Shown piece after piece: positions 46,998 through 55,408 of a DNA stretch of 64,000 bases. Position 1 is the first letter of the stretch. The number at the start of each line of letters is the position of its first letter. The notes beneath the pieces are model-generated. The model searched no databases. It was not told the DNA's origin and saw only the letters and a program-made list of their open reading frames with translations. Both the position numbers and the translations under genes were made by a program. The stretch is from Candidatus Palauibacter soopunensis. Its GTDB lineage: Bacteria; Gemmatimonadota; Gemmatimonadetes; Palauibacterales; Palauibacteraceae. The stretch is from the NCBI RefSeq assembly GCF_947581735.1, contig NZ_CANPVT010000024.1, forward strand, positions 52,243-116,242, read 5' to 3'.

Positions 46998-48098
46998 TCA
47001 GTAGGAGAGGCCCTCCTGCTGCGCGAGGTCCTTCACCTTCCGCAGGCCCTCGCCGGAGAGGTCGGGCGTCTCCACGACGACCTTGACGAGCTGGTCGCCC
47101 CGGTTCTCGCCGCGCCGGATGCCCTGGCCGCGAATCCGGAACGTGGTCCCGCTCTGCGTACCCGGCGGGATTCTGAGCACGACCTTGTTCCCGCCGATCG
47201 TCCTCACCTTGACCTTCGAGCCGAGAATCGCCTGCGCCACGTTGATCGGCACCTCGCAGGCGAGATCGAGCCCGTCGCGGGTGAAGAAGCGGTCGAGGTC
47301 GACCTGGAACTTGATGATGAGGTCGCCCGCGGGGCCACCGCCCGGACCGCGCTCGCCCTTGCCGGAGATGCGGACGCGCGAACCGTTCTCGACTCCCGCG
47401 GGCACCTTGACGCTGAGCTTGCGCCGCGTGTTCACCTGGCCGCGCCCGGAGCAACTCGAGCACGGCGTCTCCGGCACCATCCCGCGCCGCACGCACACGG
47501 GACACGGGCGCGTGACGGAGAACCCGCCCTGCCCGAACGTGACTTCGCCCCGGCCGTCACACTCGGGGCAGCGTTTCAGCGACGTGCCGGGAGCGGCGCC
47601 GTCCCCGTCGCACGTCGCGCACTCCTCGTTGATCGGCACCGTGACCGAGACCCGGCCACCGCGCGCCGCGGTGCGGAGCCGAACCGTGACCAGGTATTCG
47701 ACGTTGCGGCCGCGCTTCGGCCCCTCCTTCTCCGGCTTCGCCTTCTTCCCGAAATCGAAGATCGACGAGAAGATGCCGCCGATGCCGCCCAGGTCGGACA
47801 GGTCCTCGAACTTGAAGTTGCCCGCGCCCCCGGGCGCTCCGCCCGCCTGGCCGGGCCCGAACGCTCCGATGCCGCCGTACTTCCGCACGCGATCGTACTT
47901 CTTGCGCTTGTCGGGATCGGAGAGGACGCCGTGCGCCTCCGACACCTCCTTGAACTTCTCCGTCGACGTCGGATCGCCCGCGTTCGCGTCCGGGTGGTGC
48001 TCCTTCGCGAGCCTGCGGTAGGCCTTCCGGATCTCGTCCGCGCTCGCGTTCTCCGCGACCCCGAGAATCTTGTAGTAGTCCTTCGCCTGCGTCGCCAT
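46998..48098 (-). CDS. dnaJ: Molecular chaperone DnaJ (type I, with zinc-finger domain)
   Basis: J-domain [31 protein letters not shown], a G-rich linker, and four CxxCxGxG-type boxes ([32 protein letters not shown]). Confidence 0.9.
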   Translation of the reverse strand: MATQAKDYYKILGVAENASADEIRKAYRRLAKEHHPDANAGDPTSTEKFKEVSEAHGVLSDPDKRKKYDRVRKYGGIGAFGPGQAGGAPGGAGNFKFEDLSDLGGIGGIFSSIFDFGKKAKPEKEGPKRGRNVEYLVTVRLRTAARGGRVSVTVPINEECATCDGDGAAPGTSLKRCPECDGRGEVTFGQGGFSVTRPCPVCVRRGMVPETPCSSCSGRGQVNTRRKLSVKVPAGVENGSRVRISGKGERGPGGGPAGDLIIKFQVDLDRFFTRDGLDLACEVPINVAQAILGSKVKVRTIGGNKVVLRIPPGTQSGTTFRIRGQGIRRGENRGDQLVKVVVETPDLSGEGLRKVKDLAQQEGLSY

Positions 48099-48102
48099 CG
48101 GA

Positions 48103-48750
48103 TCAGGAAGCTTCGGTTTCGTGGCGGTAGACCGTGACGCGCGCGGGGCGGAGCAGCCGGTCGCCGAGCCGGTATCCGATGAGGACGACGTGCGACACGA
48201 GTTCGTCCTGCTCCGGGTCGTCGGTCGGGGTCATCATGAGCGCGTCGTGGAGGTTGGGGTCGAAGCGCTCGTCCACGGGGTTCACCGGCTCCACTCCGGC
48301 GTCGGAGAGGACCTTCGCGAACTTCCGGGCCACGAGCCCGATGCCCTCGTGCAGCGCCTCGGTCGTCGTGCCCTCGAGCGGCGACTCGGCCACGCGCTGC
48401 AGGTCATCGATCAGTTCGAGGAGCTTGCCGGCGAGTTCCGCCCGCGCCCGCTCTCCCGCATCGCCCAACTCCCGTCTCGTCCGGCGCCGGAAGTTGTCGA
48501 ACTCCGCCGCGAGCCGGAGGTGGCGGTCCTGCAGGGACGCGAGTTCTCCGGCCGGCCCCGGGTCCTCGCCGGACTCGGGCGGGTGGACTTCGTCCACGTG
48601 CCCGGGCGTCTCCGATTCCGAGGCGGCCTCGGGCGCGTCCGGCTCGGCGGCGGCGTCCTCCGGAGCGGCATCTTCCGGAGCGCCGTCCCCCGGAACGGCA
48701 TCCTCCGGCGCCGCGCTCTCCATCTCCTGCTCCAGATCCCTCGTTCCCAT
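48103..48750 (-). CDS. grpE: Nucleotide exchange factor GrpE
   Basis: [17 protein letters not shown] and the C-terminal beta-domain [19 protein letters not shown], preceded by an acidic N-terminus. Confidence 0.9.
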   Translation of the reverse strand: MGTRDLEQEMESAAPEDAVPGDGAPEDAAPEDAAAEPDAPEAASESETPGHVDEVHPPESGEDPGPAGELASLQDRHLRLAAEFDNFRRRTRRELGDAGERARAELAGKLLELIDDLQRVAESPLEGTTTEALHEGIGLVARKFAKVLSDAGVEPVNPVDERFDPNLHDALMMTPTDDPEQDELVSHVVLIGYRLGDRLLRPARVTVYRHETEAS

Positions 48751-48772
48751 CGAATATCCTCGAGTATGCTCG

Positions 48773-49258
48773 TCAGAGCCGTGAATCCAGCCAGCGTATC
48801 GCTTCCAGCGCGGCCGCTTCCCGGATCTCGTCCCGGCTTCCCGCGAAACGGTGACGCCGCGCGTCGCGAGAGGGGCCGTCGTGCGCGATCCACACGGTGC
48901 CCACGGGTTTGTCGGCGGATCCGCCCGAGGGCCCGGCGATGCCCGTGACCGCGATGGACCAGGTGCTCTCCGCCACGCGCCGTGCCCCGGCAGCCATCTC
49001 CTCCGCCACGGCCCGCGAGACGGCGCCGTGCCGGCGGAGCGAGGCCTCCGACACGTTCAGCAGCGCCCTCTTGGCGGCGTCATCGTAGCTTATCAGCCCA
49101 CCCCACAACACCTCCGAAGCTCCGGGTACGGAGGTGAGGGCGGCGCCGATCAGGCCGCCGGTGCAACTCTCGGCGAGCACCAGCGTGTGACCCCTCTCCC
49201 GCAGGCCTTCGATGAGCGTCGCGGCGGCCTCGAACAGCGACGGACCGCGCTTACGAAT
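48773..49258 (-). CDS. CinA C-terminal-domain / PncC-like nicotinamide-nucleotide amidase
   Basis: LAESCTGGLIGAALTSVPGAS, ISYDDAAKRALL and ITGIAGPSGGSADKPVGTVWIA. The first canonical start (GTG 49180) truncates the conserved N-terminal helix. The coordinates given use the in-frame ATT at 49258 (see findings). Confidence 0.8.
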   Translation of the reverse strand: MRKRGPSLFEAAATLIEGLRERGHTLVLAESCTGGLIGAALTSVPGASEVLWGGLISYDDAAKRALLNVSEASLRRHGAVSRAVAEEMAAGARRVAESTWSIAVTGIAGPSGGSADKPVGTVWIAHDGPSRDARRHRFAGSRDEIREAAALEAIRWLDSRL

Positions 49259-49880
49259 GGCGACCCGCCATGACGCGCGAGAACATGCCCAGGTAGGTCA
49301 CGGCGGAGGCCAGGGTGAGCAGCACGGCGAGGGTGAGGAAGGTCGTGGTGAACCAGCCGTGGAAGGTGGAGAACGCCTGCCACGCCCAGCCGCCCGGGGC
49401 CACGAAGCCGGGGGTCAGGAACGCGACCCAGAGGATCGCGGAGCCGATGAAGATGTTCTGCGCGAGCGCCTTCCTCTTGCCCAGGATCTGCGCCGCGACG
49501 ATGCGGCCCCGCCGCGCGGCGAAGGAGCGGAGCAGCGTGATCAGCGCCTCGCGCCCCAGGAAGATGACGATGGCCCAGAGCGGGATGACGCTGAACACGG
49601 GGAGAGACGGGGTTCCCGCCTGCCCGAGATTGATGCTGTAGACGGGGATGAGGGCGGCGACGAGCAGCAGCTTGTCGGCCAGCGGGTCGACGATCTTGCC
49701 GAAGGAGGTCACCTGGCCGCGGGCCCGGGCCAGGTGTCCGTCCCACAGATCCGAGAGCGCGGCGAAGACGAACACGACGAACGCGATCATGCGAGGCGCC
49801 GGCCGGGGCTGCAGGAGCAGCGCCGTCACGACGGGAGCCGCGAGGATCCGGCCGGTGGTAATCGCGTTCGGGAGATTCAG
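49251..49880 (-). CDS. pgsA: CDP-diacylglycerol--glycerol-3-phosphate 3-phosphatidyltransferase
   Basis: NLPNAITTGRIL N-terminus and the CDP-alcohol motif DLWDGHLARARGQVTSFGKIVDPLAD. The start is either CTG 49880 (CTGA overlap) or ATG 49982 (a 106-nt overlap with the upstream gene). Confidence 0.85.
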   Translation of the reverse strand: MNLPNAITTGRILAAPVVTALLLQPRPAPRMIAFVVFVFAALSDLWDGHLARARGQVTSFGKIVDPLADKLLLVAALIPVYSINLGQAGTPSLPVFSVIPLWAIVIFLGREALITLLRSFAARRGRIVAAQILGKRKALAQNIFIGSAILWVAFLTPGFVAPGGWAWQAFSTFHGWFTTTFLTLAVLLTLASAVTYLGMFSRVMAGRHS

Positions 49881-50227
49881 TGTGGGTCTCCGCTCTCCAG
49901 TGTGGCGTCGCTCGCGAGCACGCTCTCGAGACTCTCCAGGACCGCCATGGCGCGCTTGCGGAGGAGCGGCCGCTCCTCCCATGCAAGATAGTCTCTCAGC
50001 AGCGGCAGATCGTCCACGGACGGGTGCGATTTCAGGTATCCGAGGGCGCCCAGGCGCCGGAGCGGGTGCGGACTGAACAGTTCGCGCCGGTGGCGGCGCA
50101 TCTGGTCCCGCGCCAGGTAGATCCCGAGGCCGACGGCCGCGGCGGCGCCCAGCAGGGCGGCGGCAGCGATCTTCCAGCCCGTCGCGGACCGGCGGTCCGC
50201 TTCCTCGTATTCGATTCGAGTCATCAT
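49877..50227 (-). CDS. Hypothetical membrane-anchored protein with a HEAT-like repeat
   Basis: MMTRIEYEE..., then the TM segment WKIAAAALLGAAAAVGLGIYL, then LGALGYLKSHPSVDDLPLLRDYLAWEERPLLRKRAMAVLESL. GC3 is high. Confidence 0.5.
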   Translation of the reverse strand: MMTRIEYEEADRRSATGWKIAAAALLGAAAAVGLGIYLARDQMRRHRRELFSPHPLRRLGALGYLKSHPSVDDLPLLRDYLAWEERPLLRKRAMAVLESLESVLASDATLESGDPH

Positions 50228-50232
50228 CGGCA

Positions 50233-50820
50233 CTACATCTCCCGTCGGCCGGCGAAGGCTTCGGCGATCGTCACTCCGTCGGCGTACTCGAGGTCCCCCC
50301 CCACGGGCAGCCCGCGGGCGAGCCGCGTGACCGTGACGTCGGCGGCCGAGGCGAGCAGGCGCTGCAGGTACGTCGCCGTCGCCTCGCCTTCGACGCTCGC
50401 GTTCGTCGCGATGATCACCTCCCGGACCGGGGTGTCGAGACGCCGAAGCAGGGCCTTGATGTTCAGGTCTTCGGGTCCGACCCCATCGAGAGGGGACAAT
50501 CGTCCGCCAAGTACATGATACATACCCCCGAAGTTCCCCGAGTTCTCGATCGCCGGAATGTCCGAGGCTTCCTCCACGACGCACACCTGTGCCGGATCGC
50601 GCCGCGGACTGCGGCAGTATTCGCACGGCTCCATGTCGCTGAGGTTGCCGCAGTCGCCACACACGCGGACCTCCGCCGCGACCCGTTCCAGGGCCCGCGC
50701 CAGCCGCCGGGCATCGTCCTTCGAACTCTTGAGAAGATGATACGTGAGCCGCCGCGCGGTCTTGCGGCCGATCCCGGGGAGCCGGCCAAGCTCGCCGACG
50801 AGGGCTTCGATCGCGTTCAC
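50233..50820 (-). CDS. recR: Recombination protein RecR
   Basis: LGRLPGIGRKTARRL (HhH), the C4 zinc finger CGDCGNLSDMEPCEYC, and Toprim VCVVEEASD. The GTG start overlaps the ybaB stop as GTGA. Confidence 0.95.
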   Translation of the reverse strand: MNAIEALVGELGRLPGIGRKTARRLTYHLLKSSKDDARRLARALERVAAEVRVCGDCGNLSDMEPCEYCRSPRRDPAQVCVVEEASDIPAIENSGNFGGMYHVLGGRLSPLDGVGPEDLNIKALLRRLDTPVREVIIATNASVEGEATATYLQRLLASAADVTVTRLARGLPVGGDLEYADGVTIAEAFAGRREM

Positions 50821-51152
50821 GGGCGGCCGAGGAAGTTGCCGATGCCCGGCAACGGCAGGCCTCCCGCCGCCTGACGCATCTCGCTCTCCATTCGGTCCTT
50901 GGCCCGGCGCTGCGCCGCGGAGGCCGCGGCGACGATGAGGTCCTCGAGCATCTCGACCTCTGCCGGGTCCACGACGGCGGGGTCGATGGAGACGCTCTTG
51001 ATGTTGCCCTGGCCGTCCACCGTCACCTCGACCATCCCGCCGCCCGAAGCCGCCGTCATCGTCTCGCGCTCGAGCTTCTCCTGCATCTCGCTCATGCGCG
51101 ACTGCATCTGCTTGCTGAGTTGAATCAACTGCTGGATGTCTACGCCGTCCAC
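50817..51152 (-). CDS. ybaB: YbaB/EbfC-family nucleoid-associated protein
   Basis: 111 aa. LSKQMQSRMSEMQEKLE...ASGGGMVEVTVDGQGNIKSVSIDPAVVDP...EMLEDLIVAA. AGGAGAA lies upstream of the GTG. Confidence 0.9.
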   Translation of the reverse strand: MDGVDIQQLIQLSKQMQSRMSEMQEKLERETMTAASGGGMVEVTVDGQGNIKSVSIDPAVVDPAEVEMLEDLIVAAASAAQRRAKDRMESEMRQAAGGLPLPGIGNFLGRP

Positions 51153-51162
51153 TCCGATTCTC

Positions 51163-52872
51163 CTACTCCTTCAGGGTGAGGTCGAGTTCCTTCACGGCCT
51201 CCCGCAGCTGCGGGTTTCCGTCGAGCAGCCGCTCGACCCGCGTGCGGGCCGCTTCCCCCGCAGTCATGCGGCCGCCGTTGTGGTCGACGATCGCGAACCG
51301 GACGGCCGGCAACCCCAGGCGCTCCGCGAGATTCGCGCGCAGAGGGTCGGAACGCGACTCGTCCTTGAACAGTTTCTCGAGTTCCTCCCGCAGCCCGGCG
51401 GGCACGCGGAGCCGAACCTCGTCCTTCACGAGGCCGTCGACCTCGGCGCCGCGCAGAGCCAGCCCGGGCACGCCGCCCAGTCCCGGCGTCTCGGCGACCG
51501 CCGCGGCCCACGCGTCGCGGACGCGGGCTGCGGACGCCGAGCCGGAGCGACTGGGCGGCGGCGGGGCTTCCGGCGGGGCCGGCTCCGGCGGCGGACGCTT
51601 CGGCGGCGGGGACGGGTCCGCGGGAGCGGCGGCGGGCGGCGAAGGACGCTTCTCGCGCGGGCGCGGGGGCCGCTCCGGCGGTCGCGGACGGGGCGCGGGC
51701 TCGCGGGCCGGGGCGCCCAGCGCCGCGAGGAGTTCTTCGAGTTCGACGGTCGATTCCATGCGGACGAGACGCAGAAGCAGGACCTCGAGCTGGATGCGCG
51801 GCTGCGAGGACCGGTGAAGCATGCCGGAGGCCTCGAACTCGCTGAGTGCGGCCAGCATCCTCAGCAGGTCCGCCGGGACCAGGGCCTCGGCGGCGGCGAG
51901 GAAACGCTCGCGCGACTCGGGCAGGAGTTCGACCGCCTCGGCCTCCGGATCGAGCCTCAGCACGAGGAGGGTTCGCAGCGCGTCACCGAGTCCGCGCAGA
52001 AACTCCGCGGGGTCGTGCCCGTCGTCGAGGAGGTCCTGGACGAAGGCGAACACGCCGGCCCGGTCCCCGTTCGCCGCGATCTCGAAGAACGCCAGATATC
52101 GATCTTCGTCGACGAGCCCGAGCATGCGGCGGACGTCCGCGATCTCGACCGCGTCTCCCCTGAAGGAGAGCACCTGGTCGAGGGACGAAAGCGCGTCCCG
52201 GACGCCGCCTTCGGCCCGGCGCGCGATCGCCCGCAGCGCCCCCGGCTCGGCGGGGATCCCCTCCGCCTCGAGCACGGTCTCCAGCCGGCTCGCGATGTCC
52301 GGCACGGACACCCGCCGGAAGTCGAATCGCTGGCAGCGGGACATGACGGGGGCCGCGCCGCGCTCGATCTTCTGCGGCTCGGTGGTGGCGAAGGCGAAGA
52401 TCACGCGCGGTGGCGGCTCCTCGAGGATCTTCAGGAGCGCGTTCCACGCGTCTCGCGTGAGCATGTGCGCTTCGTCGAGGATGTAGATCTTGTAGCGCTC
52501 CTCGCTCGTGGGAGCGTACGCGGCCCGGCGGCGGAGATCCCGCGCGTCCTCGACGCCCCGGTGGCTCGCCGCATCGATTTCCACGACGTCGAGCGAGGCG
52601 CCTCCGGACCAGATCCGCTCGCACGACGTACACGCGCCGCACGGTTCGCCGGCGGAGCGGTCGGGGCAATTCAGGGCCATCGCGAGGATGCGCGCCGTCG
52701 TCGTCTTCCCGACGCCGCGCGGGCCGCAGAAGAGATATGCGTGGCCGACCCGTCCGGACTCGATCGCGGCCTTCAGCGTGGGCCCGATGTGGTCCTGCCC
52801 GATCAGCTCCGAGAAGCCTCGGGGCCGGTAGGTTCTGGCCAGCGCGGTGCGGTACAAGGGCTCGTGAGCCAT
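51163..52872 (-). CDS. dnaX: DNA polymerase III subunit gamma/tau
   Basis: MAHEPLYRTALARTYRPRGFSELIGQDH, Walker A GPRGVGKTTTARILA, zinc module CGACTSC, YILDEAHML. The ATG at 52872 lies inside the longer track ORF. Confidence 0.93.
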   Translation of the reverse strand: MAHEPLYRTALARTYRPRGFSELIGQDHIGPTLKAAIESGRVGHAYLFCGPRGVGKTTTARILAMALNCPDRSAGEPCGACTSCERIWSGGASLDVVEIDAASHRGVEDARDLRRRAAYAPTSEERYKIYILDEAHMLTRDAWNALLKILEEPPPRVIFAFATTEPQKIERGAAPVMSRCQRFDFRRVSVPDIASRLETVLEAEGIPAEPGALRAIARRAEGGVRDALSSLDQVLSFRGDAVEIADVRRMLGLVDEDRYLAFFEIAANGDRAGVFAFVQDLLDDGHDPAEFLRGLGDALRTLLVLRLDPEAEAVELLPESRERFLAAAEALVPADLLRMLAALSEFEASGMLHRSSQPRIQLEVLLLRLVRMESTVELEELLAALGAPAREPAPRPRPPERPPRPREKRPSPPAAAPADPSPPPKRPPPEPAPPEAPPPPSRSGSASAARVRDAWAAAVAETPGLGGVPGLALRGAEVDGLVKDEVRLRVPAGLREELEKLFKDESRSDPLRANLAERLGLPAVRFAIVDHNGGRMTAGEAARTRVERLLDGNPQLREAVKELDLTLKE

Positions 52873-52969
52873 CTGGGTCGGCCGGGTCACGGCCCCGGCC
52901 GGCTTCGACTCCTTCGGGTCTGAGGGCGCCCGCGTCTCGCGACGCGAGGACGCCGCCGACATCGGGCGA

Positions 52970-53070
52970 ACGACCCCAGGCGGGCCGTGGCGACCGTCAC
53001 ACGCTTACCGCTGCTACCTTCACGGTCCTGACGGGATTCACGCGCTCCGGCCCCACGGGCCTGGGGCACC
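52970..53070 (-). ncRNA. ffs: Signal recognition particle RNA, small (4.5S) type
   Basis: The reverse strand contains GUCAGGACC-GUGA-AGGUAGCAGC, matching the conserved domain IV (E. coli GUCAGGUCC-GGAA-GGAAGCAGC) with a GNRA tetraloop. The terminal helices CCCCAGG/CCUGGGG and CCGUGG/CCACGG close the hairpin. It holds the classic position upstream of dnaX, and an AT-rich TAAGAT lies just upstream. The ends are approximate. Confidence 0.75.
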
Positions 53071-53094
53071 GTTATCTTACATGTATCGCTGGCG

Positions 53095-53424
53095 TCACGC
53101 ATCGTCGCCGTAGAAGGCGTCCGGGATGTGCCGGACCCGGCATCTCCCGCGGCGATCGACCTCCACCGCGACAATGTCGAAGCGGGCTTCCGGGGCGGCG
53201 CCGGGATGCCGGCTGAGCCACGCTCCGGCCGCTCGGCGGATCCGCCCCCGCTGCGCCCGCGAGAGCGCCTCCTCGGGCGCCTGTACGCCGGGGCGGCGGG
53301 TCTTCACTTCGACGAAGGCCACCGTGTCCCCGTCCCTGACGACCAGGTCGATCTCCAGCCGCCCCACGCGCCAGTTGCGGTCGAGGATCTCGTATCCCTC
53401 GTCCGCCAGGTGGCGCGCGGCGAT
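53095..53424 (-). CDS. yraN: YraN-family (UPF0102) endonuclease-like protein
   Basis: GSLGERIAARHLADEGYEILDRNWRVGRLEIDLVVRDGDTVAFVEVKTR is the PD-(D/E)xK YraN pattern. The canonical GTG at 53367 truncates it. The coordinates use the in-frame ATC at 53424 behind GGAGAG (see findings), so the start is uncertain. Confidence 0.75.
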   Translation of the reverse strand: MAARHLADEGYEILDRNWRVGRLEIDLVVRDGDTVAFVEVKTRRPGVQAPEEALSRAQRGRIRRAAGAWLSRHPGAAPEARFDIVAVEVDRRGRCRVRHIPDAFYGDDA

Positions 53425-53452
53425 CCGCTCTCCGAGGCTGCCGAGGCCGCGG

Positions 53453-54496
53453 TCAGCCGTGGGCGGGGACCGGGGCGCGCGCGATCCGGCGGCCGATGGC
53501 GTTCGCGATGGGGTGAAGCTCGGCCATCAGCGCATCGAACTGATCGAGCGTGAGCGACTGCTGGCCGTCGGACGCCGCCGTCGGCGGATCCGGGTGGACC
53601 TCCAGGATCAGCGCGTCCGCGCCCGCCGCGACCGCGGCCCGCGCCAACGGTCCGACCTTCGACCGGGCCCCCGTGCCGTGGCTGGGGTCCGCGACGACCG
53701 GGAGGTGCGACAACTCGTGGATCGTCACGATGGCGGTGAGGTCGAAGAGGTTCCGCGCGTGCGTGTCGAAGTTGCGGACGCCGCGCTCGCACAGCATCAC
53801 CCGCGATTCACCCTCGGCGACGATGTACTCCGCCGCGAGCAGCAACTCCTTGATCGTCGCGGACATCCCCCGCTTGAGGAGCACCGGTTTGCCGGCGCGG
53901 CCCGCCGCCCGCAGCAGGGAGTAGTTCTGCATGTTCCGCGCGCCGATCTGGATGACATCGGCGTATTCCGCGACGAGGCCCATGCTCTCCGTGTCCAGCG
54001 CCTCGGTGACGACCGCGAGGCCCGTCTCCTCCCGCGCGCGGGCGAGCAACTGCAACCCCTCTTCGCCCAGCCCCTGGAAGGAATAGGGCGAGGTCCGCGG
54101 CTTGAAGGCTCCGCCGCGCAGCACGGTCGCCCCGGCTTCCGCGACCCGGTGGGCGGTCTCCAGAATCTGCTCGCGCGATTCCACGGAGCACGGACCGGCC
54201 ATGACGACGACATCCTTTTCGCCGATCCGCACGCCGTTGGACAACTCGATGACCGTGTTCTCGGGCCACCATTCCCGGCTGACCTGCTTGTACGGCGGCG
54301 ACACGTGGATGACGCGGAGCACGCCATCGATCCCCACGAGCCGGCTCTCCTCGACGCGTCCATCGTTGCCGACCAGACCCACGGTCGTGCGCTGGGCGCC
54401 GGGCATGGGCCGGGCCCGATATCCCATATCTTCGATCGCGCGGACCACGTCCTCGACCTGCCCGTCCGTGGCGCCGTGCTTCATGACCACCAGCAT
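53453..54496 (-). CDS. 3-deoxy-7-phosphoheptulonate (DAHP) synthase, type I-beta with N-terminal ferredoxin-like regulatory domain
   Basis: The N-terminal [26 protein letters not shown] resembles the Thermotoga-type regulatory domain. It is followed by [36 protein letters not shown] and ADPSH. Confidence 0.9.
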   Translation of the reverse strand: MLVVMKHGATDGQVEDVVRAIEDMGYRARPMPGAQRTTVGLVGNDGRVEESRLVGIDGVLRVIHVSPPYKQVSREWWPENTVIELSNGVRIGEKDVVVMAGPCSVESREQILETAHRVAEAGATVLRGGAFKPRTSPYSFQGLGEEGLQLLARAREETGLAVVTEALDTESMGLVAEYADVIQIGARNMQNYSLLRAAGRAGKPVLLKRGMSATIKELLLAAEYIVAEGESRVMLCERGVRNFDTHARNLFDLTAIVTIHELSHLPVVADPSHGTGARSKVGPLARAAVAAGADALILEVHPDPPTAASDGQQSLTLDQFDALMAELHPIANAIGRRIARAPVPAHG

Positions 54497-54607
54497 CGTT
54501 CCCCCTGTGAGTGACTCTCGCCCGCAACGCGCGCGACGGCGCGGCGGGGCCGTGACTCTCCGGTCCGCTCCCCGCGGCGCCGGCAGGAGCAGGATACTCC
54601 ACTGGCG

Positions 54608-55408
54608 TCACCCGTTCGTCAACGAGACCCGGAGTCCCTCCGTGGCGACGCGCGTAGCGCCGGCGTATCCGGCCTCGGCCACGAGACGGGGAACGTCGTG
54701 GCCTGTTCGGAGGTGCGGGTAGACGTGCGTGAGCACGAGAAGACGCGGGCACGCGGCGGCCGCCAACTCGGCGACGCGGGCGGGCGACAGGTGGTTGTCC
54801 GTCGCCTGCGCGTCGGGGAGCGAGCACTCGCAGACGAGGGCGCTCACGCCACGCATGAACGAGCCCAGTTCCGTGGACGGCCCCGTGTCGCCCGTGTACC
54901 CGAAGCTGAACGACTCGCCGTCGAGCCGCCACGCCACGCTCTCGTCGGTGTGCGGCGTCTTGTGGGCTTCGAGCCGCGGACCTCCACTCAGATCGCGGGC
55001 CTCGCCCGGCGAGAGTTCCTCGATGAGGACGGAGAAACCGGGATTCAGGACGAAGTCGCCATAGGCCCCCGCAAGCTTCTCGAAGAACCGGCGCGTGCCC
55101 GCGGGGCCCCACACCGTGAGCGGCCGGCCGCGGGGCCGGGGGAGGCCGTGTTTCAGCGCGAAGAAGAGTCCCGGCAGCGCGCCGACGTGATCCGCGTGAA
55201 AGTGGGTGATCGCAAGGTCGGTGATCTTCCCCCAGGGCAGACCGAGCCGGGCAAGCGCCTGCAGCGCTCCGGGACCGCAGTCGAAGAGGACGCGTGTGCG
55301 CGCCGCGGATTCCGTGCCCGGGGACGAGATCCAGTAGGAGGAGGCCGCCCGGTCCGCTTCGGGGACGACCGTCCCGCACCCGACGACGGTGAGTTCCGCT
55401 TCGCTCAC
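54608..55408 (-). CDS. MBL-fold metallo-hydrolase (RNase Z/ElaC-like small form)
   Basis: The HxHxDH motif ITHFHADHVGALP is present. The GTG start overlaps the smc stop as GTGA. Confidence 0.75.
   Translation of the reverse strand: MSEAELTVVGCGTVVPEADRAASSYWISSPGTESAARTRVLFDCGPGALQALARLGLPWGKITDLAITHFHADHVGALPGLFFALKHGLPRPRGRPLTVWGPAGTRRFFEKLAGAYGDFVLNPGFSVLIEELSPGEARDLSGGPRLEAHKTPHTDESVAWRLDGESFSFGYTGDTGPSTELGSFMRGVSALVCECSLPDAQATDNHLSPARVAELAAAACPRLLVLTHVYPHLRTGHDVPRLVAEAGYAGATRVATEGLRVSLTNG

Noticed and set aside
51163-52872. Programmed -1 frameshift or transcriptional slippage site in dnaX (gamma versus tau).
   Set aside because: I could not find an A AAA AAG-type heptamer or a long A-run in the gene, so I cannot claim a gamma-producing site from sequence alone.
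53071-53094. Full sigma70 promoter for the SRP RNA.
   Set aside because: A plausible -10 (TAAGAT) is present in the locally AT-rich patch, but I could not find a convincing -35 at 16-18 nt spacing. It is mentioned only as supporting context for the ncRNA call.
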